Source of the DNA: a virus
Length of the DNA stretch: 44,175 bases
Virus record (IMG/VR): IMGVR_UViG_3300045988_062919
Reading direction: 5' to 3' (one strand)
Every line of letters starts with the position of its first letter. Positions within the stretch are counted from its first letter, which is position 1. The notes under the pieces are model-generated. The model searched no databases, was not told the DNA's origin, and saw only the letters and a list, made by a program, of their open reading frames with translations. Both the position numbers and the translations under genes were made by a program. Below, one piece after another: positions 34,865-42,407 of the stretch.

Positions 34865-35953
34865 ATGAAAAGGTTTGGATTCCTCTATGAACGGATAGTT
34901 TCAGTGGAAAATTGCAGACTGGCTATCCTCAACGCTTCTCAAAAGAAGAAAAAGCGAAAAATGGTGAAAGAAGTCCTTGATAATTTGGAGTATTACGCCA
35001 ACGACCTTTCCGAGCGAATGAGCCGCATGGATTTTCTCTCCCCATATAAGACCCGTATTATCAAGGACGGGTTATCTGGAAAAGAACGGGAACTGCAAGT
35101 CCCGGCGTTCTACCCCGACCAGTGCGCACACCACGCCATTATGCAGATTCTCAAGCCGATTATTGAGAAATCGTCCTACCGATGGAGTTGCGCCAATATC
35201 CCCAACCGGGGCATTGACCTTGCTTGCAAGGGTGTGGAGAGAGCCACTGTGCGGGACAGGAAACACGCAAAATATTGCGTGAAAATGGACATTAGCAAGT
35301 TCTACCCATCTATTCCTCATGGCAAGCTGAAAGCCCGACTGCGGGAGAAAATCAAAGACGAAAAGGCTTTGCAAATCATCTTCAAGGTGATTGACTCCCA
35401 CAATCCGGGGCTTCCCATCGAGAACTATACTTCCCCTTGGCTGGCAGAACTATACCTGCAACCGCTGGATTACCTTATCAAGCAAAAGCACCGAATACGG
35501 CACTATATCCGCTACGCTGACGATCTGGTGCTGATAGACAGCAACAAACGAAAGCTGAGGAAAGCTCTTCACGATATTTTCCTGTTTGTGGAGGAGCTGG
35601 GTATGACGGTGAAACACGACTACCAGTTGTTTCGTATTCAGCCATACTGCAAGGAAAGGACAGGCCGCAGGGGACGAAAGATAGATTTCGTAGGGAGGTG
35701 TTTCGGAATTGGTTTTACCACCATCCGAAAGAGAAGGGCGTTGGCACTTATGCGGCAGAGCAGGTTTATTCAAAAGCTACAGCGGCAGAACCGGCCTGTC
35801 TCATACAGAATGGCTTCCGGGTTTCTCTCCCGGTGCGCCTGTTTCAAGCACACCAACTCATACGCCATGAAGAAAAAGTACTACGAAACGGTCAACATCA
35901 AAAAGTTAAAGGAGGTTGTCAGCAATGAGAGTAAGAGGAAATGTCTCGCCTAA
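34865..35953 (+). CDS. DGR reverse transcriptase
   Basis: RT motifs including IRYADDLVL (YADD box) and GLPIENYTSPWLAELYL (resembles the DGR-type GxxxSQ motif region). Adjacent to the TR. Confidence 0.85.
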   Translation: MKRFGFLYERIVSVENCRLAILNASQKKKKRKMVKEVLDNLEYYANDLSERMSRMDFLSPYKTRIIKDGLSGKERELQVPAFYPDQCAHHAIMQILKPIIEKSSYRWSCANIPNRGIDLACKGVERATVRDRKHAKYCVKMDISKFYPSIPHGKLKARLREKIKDEKALQIIFKVIDSHNPGLPIENYTSPWLAELYLQPLDYLIKQKHRIRHYIRYADDLVLIDSNKRKLRKALHDIFLFVEELGMTVKHDYQLFRIQPYCKERTGRRGRKIDFVGRCFGIGFTTIRKRRALALMRQSRFIQKLQRQNRPVSYRMASGFLSRCACFKHTNSYAMKKKYYETVNIKKLKEVVSNESKRKCLA

Positions 35954-36242
35954 CTCGCTTAGTATTGAGCCGTTCGCACCCATGCCGGGATATGTGGAAG
36001 TTCGTCTGCGGGAGAACATCAAAGAGGTCACGGAAGTCGATGAAATGACGGAGCAGGAAATCCCGATGTTCGAGTATGACGAATATACCTTCCATCTGGC
36101 GAACAAAGAGGGTCTGCGGGAGGAAATCGAAGGAAATCTGAGCGACTGGCTTGTCACTGGCAGGACGCTTGAAATCAACGAGGGCGCAAGCATTGTACAG
36201 GACATGAAAGAAGCTCTGGAAATTGTGGGGGTGAATGTATGA
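35916..36242 (+). CDS. Hypothetical acidic protein (XkdW-like position)
   Basis: AAGGAGG RBS. It overlaps the RT 3' end by 38 nt. Confidence 0.5.
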   Translation: MSAMRVRGNVSPNSLSIEPFAPMPGYVEVRLRENIKEVTEVDEMTEQEIPMFEYDEYTFHLANKEGLREEIEGNLSDWLVTGRTLEINEGASIVQDMKEALEIVGVNV

Positions 36243-36664
36243 GCATGATCGAACAGGCACAGGCAATCCGGGAAGCTATGGACTACGCAGGAGCAAGCCT
36301 TGACGAGGACACCGCTCTGATTTGCGTTGCGCTCTACCGCCCATGGGAAGTTGGCGTTGCGTATAAGCAGAACGACCGCTTCACCTACGGCGTAAACAGT
36401 GTGGGAGACCCCCAGCTTTACAAGGTGGCACAGGCACACACCTCTCAGGCTGACTGGCTACCCGATAAGACCTCGGCGTTGTACACCCCAATCGGGCTTG
36501 ACGAGAGTGGCTACCCCATCTGGTCGAAGCCCACGGGGGCGCATGACGCTTACAACAAAGGGGACATCGTGAACTACAACGGCAAGCTGTACCAGTCTAC
36601 GATTGACGGAAACACTTGGTCTCCCGATGAATACCCGACAGGTTGGGTCGAATACACCGAGTAA
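36239..36664 (+). CDS. Small protein with carbohydrate-binding (CBM5/12-like) repeats
   Basis: Aromatic-rich repeats YKVAQAHTSQADWLP and NGKLYQSTIDGNTWSPDEYPTGW. Confidence 0.5.
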   Translation: MSMIEQAQAIREAMDYAGASLDEDTALICVALYRPWEVGVAYKQNDRFTYGVNSVGDPQLYKVAQAHTSQADWLPDKTSALYTPIGLDESGYPIWSKPTGAHDAYNKGDIVNYNGKLYQSTIDGNTWSPDEYPTGWVEYTE

Positions 36665-36685
36665 ACACAGAGAGGATAACAGGAA

Positions 36686-37009
36686 ATGATTTCGGAAACC
36701 ACGCTGATTATCAGTATCGTTACCGCCGTATTTGCAAGCACCGGCTTTTGGGCATTTATCACCTTTCTTATTCAGAGGAAAGACAAGAAGGAGAGCACAG
36801 AAGGGAAAATGCTCAGAGGACTTGGGCATGACCGTATTTGTTACCTTGGGGCTTGCTATATCAAGCAAGGGTTCATCACCAAGGACGATTACGAGAATTT
36901 GCATGACTATCTGTACCTTCCCTACAAAGAACTCGGCGGTAACGGTATGGCTGAAAAAATCATGAAAGAAGTGGAAAGGCTTCCGCTTCTCAAAGACAAG
37001 GAGGATTAA
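36686..37009 (+). CDS. Membrane protein of the lysis module (possible holin or lysis accessory)
   Basis: One N-terminal TM segment (LIISIVTAVFASTGFWAFITFLI), directly upstream of the endolysin. Confidence 0.45.
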   Translation: MISETTLIISIVTAVFASTGFWAFITFLIQRKDKKESTEGKMLRGLGHDRICYLGACYIKQGFITKDDYENLHDYLYLPYKELGGNGMAEKIMKEVERLPLLKDKED

Positions 37010-37012
37010 ACC

Positions 37013-37963
37013 ATGACCTACACAAACAGTCCGTTGGTGAGCTACACAAAGCTGTCACCAAACCATTCCGGGCAGAGGACGCACAGCATTGACCGAATTA
37101 CTCCTCACTGCGTCGTGGGGCAGTGTTCGGTGGAAACGCTGGGGAACATCTTCTTGCCCACTTCCAGACAGGCAAGCTGTAACTACGGTATTGGTTCTGA
37201 CGGCAGAGTCGGTATGTACTGCGAGGAGAAGAACCGCTCGTGGTGTTCTTCCAGCAATGCAAACGACCAGAGAGCCGTTACCATCGAGTGCGCTTCCGAC
37301 ACCTCCGCTCCCTATGCGTTCAAAACGGTTGTCTACAACAAGCTCATTGACTTGTGTGTGGACATCTGCAAGCGCAACGGCAAAAAGAAACTGCTCTGGC
37401 TGGGGGACAAAAACAAGACGTTGAACTACAACCCGAAAGCTGATGAAATGGTGCTCACCGTACACCGCTGGTTCGCCAATAAGAGCTGTCCCGGCGATTG
37501 GATGTACAACCGCATGGGAGACCTCGCCAAGGCCGTCACAGAGCGTCTGAGCGGCGTTTCTGGTGGAGGTAGTACAACTGCACCCCCTACCTCTAAAACG
37601 CTCTACAGAGTGCGTAAGAGCTGGTCTGACGCTAAGAGCCAGATTGGTGCTTACTCTGTTCTGGAAAACGCCAAGAAACAGGCCGACTTGAACCCCGGAT
37701 ATGAGGTGTATGATGAAAACGGTAAAGTGGTATATGGCGGTAAGACCGCCGTGACAACCCCATTCAAACCGTACACTGTGCGTGTGACAATTCCTGATTT
37801 GTATATCCGCAAGGGAGCGGGTACGAATTACGGAACCAACGGCTTCATCAAGCCGGGTGTCTACACCATCGTGGCAGAGCAGAGCGGTCAGGGTGCTTCC
37901 GAGTGGGGCAAGCTGAAATCCGGGGCTGGCTGGATTTCTCTTGACTATGCGAAGAAGCTCTAA
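37013..37963 (+). CDS. Endolysin: N-acetylmuramoyl-L-alanine amidase (Amidase_2/PGRP-like) with a C-terminal SH3-like wall-binding domain
   Basis: ITPHCVVGQ...NYGIGSDGRV...AVTIECA...HRWFANKSCPG, with a C-terminal SH3-like segment YIRKGAGTNYG...GKLKSGAGWISLDY. Confidence 0.8.
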   Translation: MTYTNSPLVSYTKLSPNHSGQRTHSIDRITPHCVVGQCSVETLGNIFLPTSRQASCNYGIGSDGRVGMYCEEKNRSWCSSSNANDQRAVTIECASDTSAPYAFKTVVYNKLIDLCVDICKRNGKKKLLWLGDKNKTLNYNPKADEMVLTVHRWFANKSCPGDWMYNRMGDLAKAVTERLSGVSGGGSTTAPPTSKTLYRVRKSWSDAKSQIGAYSVLENAKKQADLNPGYEVYDENGKVVYGGKTAVTTPFKPYTVRVTIPDLYIRKGAGTNYGTNGFIKPGVYTIVAEQSGQGASEWGKLKSGAGWISLDYAKKL

Positions 37964-38262
37964 TGGCAAGGCGCAGACGGAAGAAGCAAAAAGCCCCTTG
38001 GGAATTTTCCAAGAAAATTGTGGTCGTAGTATTCTCCATCAACATTGTGGTGATTGTGTTCTCCATCATTATGATGTGGCGCACCTGCGACCTCTCTCCG
38101 ATGGCATACCTCATTCCAGCAGTTGCCGCAGAGACCGCAACAGGGACAGGCTTCTACTACTCCAAGGCCAAGGTTGAGAACCGTATAAAGCTGATGAAGC
38201 ATTACAACATCGAACCGTCCGAACAATCTTTCAACGAACAAGGAGGATATTACAATGGTTGA
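37963..38262 (+). CDS. Holin-like membrane protein
   Basis: Basic N-terminus followed by two hydrophobic segments. ATGA-style overlap with the endolysin stop. Confidence 0.5.
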   Translation: MARRRRKKQKAPWEFSKKIVVVVFSINIVVIVFSIIMMWRTCDLSPMAYLIPAVAAETATGTGFYYSKAKVENRIKLMKHYNIEPSEQSFNEQGGYYNG

Positions 38263-38557
38263 TCTTACCCCTATCATCACCGCAGTTCTGACCCTCATTT
38301 TCTCGCTGATTACCGCTTTCCTCATTCCCTATATCAAGACCAAGGTGAGTGCGGAACAATTCGCCACCATCAAGCTGTGGGTGCAGGTCGCTGTACAGGC
38401 GGCAGAAATGCTCTATGTCGGTAGCGGCAGAGGAGAGGAAAAGAAGAAATATGTGATTGAGTTTCTGAACAGCAAGGGGTTCACGCTGAACGCAGAGGAG
38501 ATTGAAAACCTCATTGAATCCGCTGTCTTGGAGCTGAAACAGCCGCAGGTAAAGTAG
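38255..38557 (+). CDS. Holin (LL-H-like family)
   Basis: N-terminal TM segment IITAVLTLIFSLITAFLIPYI, and YVIEFLNSKG, typical of LL-H-type holins. Its stop codon lies inside repeat element C. Confidence 0.6.
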   Translation: MVDLTPIITAVLTLIFSLITAFLIPYIKTKVSAEQFATIKLWVQVAVQAAEMLYVGSGRGEEKKKYVIEFLNSKGFTLNAEEIENLIESAVLELKQPQVK

Positions 38558-38687
38558 TTAAAGTAGTTAAAGTAGTTAAAGTAGTTAAAGTAGTTAAAAA
38601 TCGGTTTTTGCGTAAACTTTCTCTATATACACGCGTACTATGCAAAAGTTACACGCAAAAACCAAAGAACAACTACTTTAACTACTT
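38552..38687. repeat. Nested-palindrome element, copy C, with a 5x tandem GTAGTTAAA array (38554..38598) in its left arm
   Basis: Read directly. The right arm AACTACTTTAACTACTT is at 38671..38687. Confidence 0.9.
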
Positions 38688-38723
38688 GTATAAGAACAAG
38701 AAGAATAACTTACAAACAAAACA

Positions 38724-38754
38724 AGAGGAGGTAGGCGTTTAACCTACCTCCTCT
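38724..38754 (-). terminator. Rho-independent terminator of the integrase gene (12-bp perfect stem)
   Basis: AGAGGAGGTAGG-CGTTTAA-CCTACCTCCTCT. On the minus strand it is followed by UGUUUUGUUUGU. Confidence 0.7.
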
Positions 38755-40286
38755 ATATTCATAACAAACCCGAAACAGTGTTTTACAAAAAACAAGGTGT
38801 TCGGATTTGCACCTTTTGGTGGAGCCATACACGCTATATCCGAACACGAAAGCGTGGCTGTGTTTTGCCCGGAGATATTGAAAGTGAAGACGATTCTCCG
38901 TCCCTTTTCTCCATCATCGTAAACATACACCGAGTTCACCAGAGTATCTACCACTCTGCGCCGATACTCAATATCATCTATATCACCACTCTTGAACGAA
39001 TTGAGCCAGTGCATTATGCGCTCTTTCGTCAGGAGTGGTTTTTTCATTTCCTCACGAGCAATCTTCCCCTCCAAGTCGTTCTTCTCAGCTTCCAGCTCGT
39101 CCATTCGTTCCTTGGTGGTGGGTGTGATTATCCCCTGTTCGATAGCGTTCATGAGGTTTTTTATTTTCTTCTTAATGTCTTTCAGCTCATTTTGAAGTCC
39201 ATTGAGATAGGAGGTATCAGCCGACTCCTTTTCAATAATCTCCATGGTCTTTCTGGCAATGCGTTCTATGGTTTCATCATTCAATACATTCTGAACGGTG
39301 AACCGCACCACCAGTTCCTCTATCCAATCCTTTTTCTCCACCGCCTTTTTGCATTTGTGATTCCGCTTACGGTCAATGCACTTGTAGTAGTGGTGGAGCT
39401 TGCCCGATCTGGAAGTGCCGCTTTCTCCGACCATGGAAGAGCCGCAATGACCGCAGAACAATTTTGTAGTGAGAAGGTAATCGTCTTTAGCCTTATTCCT
39501 CGCACGAGCCGAATAGTTGTGCCTTAGAGTGGCCTGTACTTTCTCGAACAGCTCCCGGCTTATGATAGGCGGCACACCGTCCTCCACTACAACATCTGCG
39601 AAGCGATAGACCCCGATGTACCTGTCGTTTTTCAACATTGTGCGCAGACTGTTTTTGTTAAAGGCGTTCCCTCGTGAGGTTTTATACCCTCGTCTGTTAC
39701 ACTCGTTGATAATCTGAGTTGCCGACATACCATCGGCATACATCTGAAAGATTTCCTGCACAATTTTCGCCCCAACAGGGTCGATTTTATACTTCCTGTC
39801 TTCCCCTACAGTGTAGCCCAAGGGCATACCTGCCCCTCCTACGGCAAGGCACTGTAGGGCATTTTCTTTTAATCCTCGCTTGATGTTCCGAGACAGGTTC
39901 TCCGAATAGTATTCTGCGTACCCTTCCAGCACTGATTCCAGAATAATCCCTTCCGGGGTATCAGGCATGGGCTGTTTGGCGTAATAGACTTTCACGCCAT
40001 TCTTTTTCAGCTTTGCTTTGTAGATGGCTGAATCGTATCGGTTTCGGGCAAAGCGGTCAAGGGTGTACATTATCACCGCTTCAAATTGCCCCTTTTCGCT
40101 GTCTTTTATGAGCCTTTGAAAGTTTGGACGATTATCGGTTTTACCTGAGATTGCTCTGTCGCAATATTCACCGATGATCGTCATTCCATTTTTCAGTGCA
40201 AAGTCGTGACACTCACGAAGCTGTCCTTCTATGGATTCCTCTCTCTGGTTATGGCTCGAATATCTGGCATAGATTACCGCTTTCGT
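38739..40286 (-). CDS. int: Large serine recombinase (integrase). There is no canonical start codon upstream of the catalytic-serine region; the putative start is ACG at 40284..40286.
   Basis: KAVIYARYSSHNQREESIEGQ (catalytic Ser motif) is encoded at 40185..40283, in frame with the 481-aa ORF. Also a recombinase domain, a zinc-ribbon-like CGHCG...YYKC segment and a coiled coil. GGAGG lies 7 nt upstream of the ACG. Confidence 0.75.
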   Translation of the reverse strand, partial: TKAVIYARYSSHNQREESIEGQLRECHDFALKNGMTIIGEYCDRAISGKTDNRPNFQRLIKDSEKGQFEAVIMYTLDRFARNRYDSAIYKAKLKKNGVKVYYAKQPMPDTPEGIILESVLEGYAEYYSENLSRNIKRGLKENALQCLAVGGAGMPLGYTVGEDRKYKIDPVGAKIVQEIFQMYADGMSATQIINECNRRGYKTSRGNAFNKNSLRTMLKNDRYIGVYRFADVVVEDGVPPIISRELFEKVQATLRHNYSARARNKAKDDYLLTTKLFCGHCGSSMVGESGTSRSGKLHHYYKCIDRKRNHKCKKAVEKKDWIEELVVRFTVQNVLNDETIERIARKTMEIIEKESADTSYLNGLQNELKDIKKKIKNLMNAIEQGIITPTTKERMDELEAEKNDLEGKIAREEMKKPLLTKERIMHWLNSFKSGDIDDIEYRRRVVDTLVNSVYVYDDGEKGRRIVFTFNISGQNTATLSCSDIACMAPPKGANPNTLFFVKHCFGFVMNIEEVG

Positions 40287-40307
40287 AGTATCACCTCCAA
40301 GTACTTC

Positions 40308-40697
40308 TTACGCCTGAGCAATTCTATGGGGATTATCTTCGCTGTGCGCAGAAGATTCTTTATCCCCCTCTAATTCTTCTCGGTTTTCAAATTCATACAC
40401 CATAGCCATGAACTCATGCTTGGTTCGTCTGGAAAGAGAGCGATAGACCCTGAGAATGTCTTTCTCGTCCTCGTTCTGCGGCTCGTTCTGCGGCGCAAGG
40501 TCTTCTTCGTCCATGAAGAAATCGAGGACAGAGCAATGCAGTATCTTTGCCATTTCCACCATTTCATCTTCTTTTGGAAGCGACCCCTTATTGATGGCAC
40601 TGGTGAACGAAGACGAGCCTTTGACCTGCTTCACGACAGCGGCGAGATTTGTCCCACGCTGAATACAAATTCGATTGATGTTTTCTCTGAAAGACAT
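40308..40697 (-). CDS. CI-like repressor (Xre HTH)
   Basis: The N-terminal HTH is divergent from a Cro-like gene. Located directly upstream of int on the same strand. Confidence 0.7.
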   Translation of the reverse strand: MSFRENINRICIQRGTNLAAVVKQVKGSSSFTSAINKGSLPKEDEMVEMAKILHCSVLDFFMDEEDLAPQNEPQNEDEKDILRVYRSLSRRTKHEFMAMVYEFENREELEGDKESSAHSEDNPHRIAQA

Positions 40698-40746
40698 GAT
40701 GATTCTCCTTTCACAAATTTTAATTTAGATTTTTTGAATTTGCCTA

Positions 40747-40775
40747 TTGACAATTCGCAAAAGAAGAACTATAAT
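40747..40775 (+). promoter_or_regulatory. Consensus sigma-70 promoter (TTGACA, 17 nt spacer, TATAAT), rightward early promoter in the immunity region
   Basis: Read directly: TTGACA at 40747..40752 and TATAAT at 40770..40775. Confidence 0.65.
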
Positions 40776-40944
40776 AAGACCAAGAAGTTCGGGATTTCCG
40801 AATTGACAATAAGAAACCGACCCCCTTGAAAGTGGCAATTTCGAGGAGGGGCGAGGATTGAGTAGTCCTATAAGAATAATAACATCAATTCGCTTTGTTG
40901 TCAAGGCAATTCCCGTTTTCTGAATTGCGAAAGGAGGTAAAAAT

Positions 40945-41139
40945 ATGAGCTACATTCAGGAACGAATGAAGAAGCTCGGTGTCAAGCAAGTGGATTTGAT
41001 TCTCGAACTGCGTAAGCGAGGTATCACAGTTCAGCCACCCGAAATGTCGAGCATTATCCGGGGTGTCTACACCTACCCCAAGGCAAAGGTGGTTCTTGAT
41101 GAATGTGACAAAATCCTCTCTGAATGTGAATCTCAGTGA
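40945..41139 (+). CDS. Cro-like / Xre-type small HTH regulator
   Basis: GGAGG RBS. Divergent from the CI-like gene. Sequence GVKQVDLILELRKRGITV. Confidence 0.6.
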   Translation: MSYIQERMKKLGVKQVDLILELRKRGITVQPPEMSSIIRGVYTYPKAKVVLDECDKILSECESQ

Positions 41140-41275
41140 TTCGCAGATTACAGACCTCGCAAGACCACTGGTGGGTATTTTGCAGAAGTTCTACGAAGAC
41201 CCGAAAAATGAGGAGGATTTTCAAAAATGGCTACGCAATGTAGAGAAAGCAAAAGAAAACCAAGACGCAACCTGA
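41123..41275 (+). CDS. Small hypothetical protein (start uncertain)
   Basis: In-frame GTG at 41123. It overlaps the neighbouring genes on both sides. Confidence 0.3.
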   Translation, partial: NVNLSDSQITDLARPLVGILQKFYEDPKNEEDFQKWLRNVEKAKENQDAT

Positions 41276-41874
41276 TACGCCTGTATGGTGTTCTCGTAGG
41301 GCTGGCGGTCGCAGGAATGGCGATAGGCTTTGCTATTGGGAAATTCACCGCTCCGCAGAAAACGGTGACAATCACCGAGAAGGTGGAAGTCTCGGTGTAT
41401 GAGTCTGGTGCGCTTCCCAAAAACGCAGATGTGTTTCTGTATGACATTCCGTTATCAGATTCTTTGCAGAGATACATTTACGAAATTTGCGCAGAGAAAA
41501 GCGTCCCGGTAACGCTGGCTCTCGCCATGATTGAGCATGAGAGCGGCTTCAACCCGGAAGTTGTCAGTTCCACAAACGATTACGGTCTCATGCAGATCAA
41601 CGCTGTAAACCATGATTGGCTTGAGGAGCAATACCGAACCGCAGACTTCCTCAACCCTTATCAGAACGCTTTTTGCGGTATCACGATTATTGGCGGTTAC
41701 ATCGAAAAATATGGTGATTATGGCAAGGCTCTGATGGCGTACAACATGGGTGATTATGGAGCGCAAAAGGCTTGGGAAAGCGGAGTTACCAATACAAATT
41801 ACTCCTCCACGATTCTTGAGCTTATGCAGGAGTACGAGGAGGTGTCACACAATGCCAAGCACGATGGAGCTTAA
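41227..41874 (+). CDS. Membrane-anchored lytic transglycosylase (SLT domain)
   Basis: N-terminal TM segment, then EHESGFNP...DYGLMQIN...AYNMG (SLT catalytic Glu and motifs). GAGGAGG RBS. Confidence 0.75.
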   Translation: MATQCRESKRKPRRNLIRLYGVLVGLAVAGMAIGFAIGKFTAPQKTVTITEKVEVSVYESGALPKNADVFLYDIPLSDSLQRYIYEICAEKSVPVTLALAMIEHESGFNPEVVSSTNDYGLMQINAVNHDWLEEQYRTADFLNPYQNAFCGITIIGGYIEKYGDYGKALMAYNMGDYGAQKAWESGVTNTNYSSTILELMQEYEEVSHNAKHDGA

Positions 41875-42022
41875 AGACGGAAAGGTCGAGACCCTTTTCT
41901 CAGAGCATGATTTTGCCTATCTGGTGGAGCGATACATGGGTTACGAAGCGGCTGACTACTTCCGCTCCCGCATGAAGGAGCTGGAACGCTACAGAGAGGA
42001 GGACGAGAAGTATGACGAATAA
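41852..42022 (+). CDS. Small hypothetical protein (56 aa)
   Basis: GAGGAGG upstream of ATG 41852. Confidence 0.4.
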   Translation: MPSTMELKDGKVETLFSEHDFAYLVERYMGYEAADYFRSRMKELERYREEDEKYDE

Positions 42023-42407
42023 GAAGCTCGGCAACGATTTTGAGTCCGCTTTCTGTGAAATCCTCTTTGAGCAGGGCTTCTGGTGTCACAACCTCGCTCA
42101 GAATCAGGCAGGTCAACCGGCAGATGTGATTGCGGTTAGAAACGGCAAAGCATATCTCATTGACTGTAAGGTGTGTTCGAGAGGAAGATTCACATTTTCC
42201 AGAATTGAGGACAATCAGCACACTGCTATGAAAGCATGGCAGAACAGCGGAAATGGAAAGGGCTGGTTCGCTCTCCTGTGTTCAGACCGCATTCTCATGC
42301 TTGATTACGAAACGCTGAAACGCCTTTCTAAAACTCAATCGAGTATCGGCTTTGACAAAATGTGCTTTTACGGGTGCGCTCTGGAAGCGTGGGTGGTGTT
42401 CGCATGA
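42012..42407 (+). CDS. RecU-like Holliday junction resolvase
   Basis: GNDFES...GFWCHNL...QPADVIAV...YLIDCKVC...RIEDNQ pattern. Confidence 0.65.
   Translation: MTNKKLGNDFESAFCEILFEQGFWCHNLAQNQAGQPADVIAVRNGKAYLIDCKVCSRGRFTFSRIEDNQHTAMKAWQNSGNGKGWFALLCSDRILMLDYETLKRLSKTQSSIGFDKMCFYGCALEAWVVFA

Noticed and set aside
38554-38598. The 5x GTAGTTAAA tandem array as a CRISPR array
   Set aside because: The units are contiguous 9-mers with no spacers. The array forms one arm of a larger palindrome that occurs three times.
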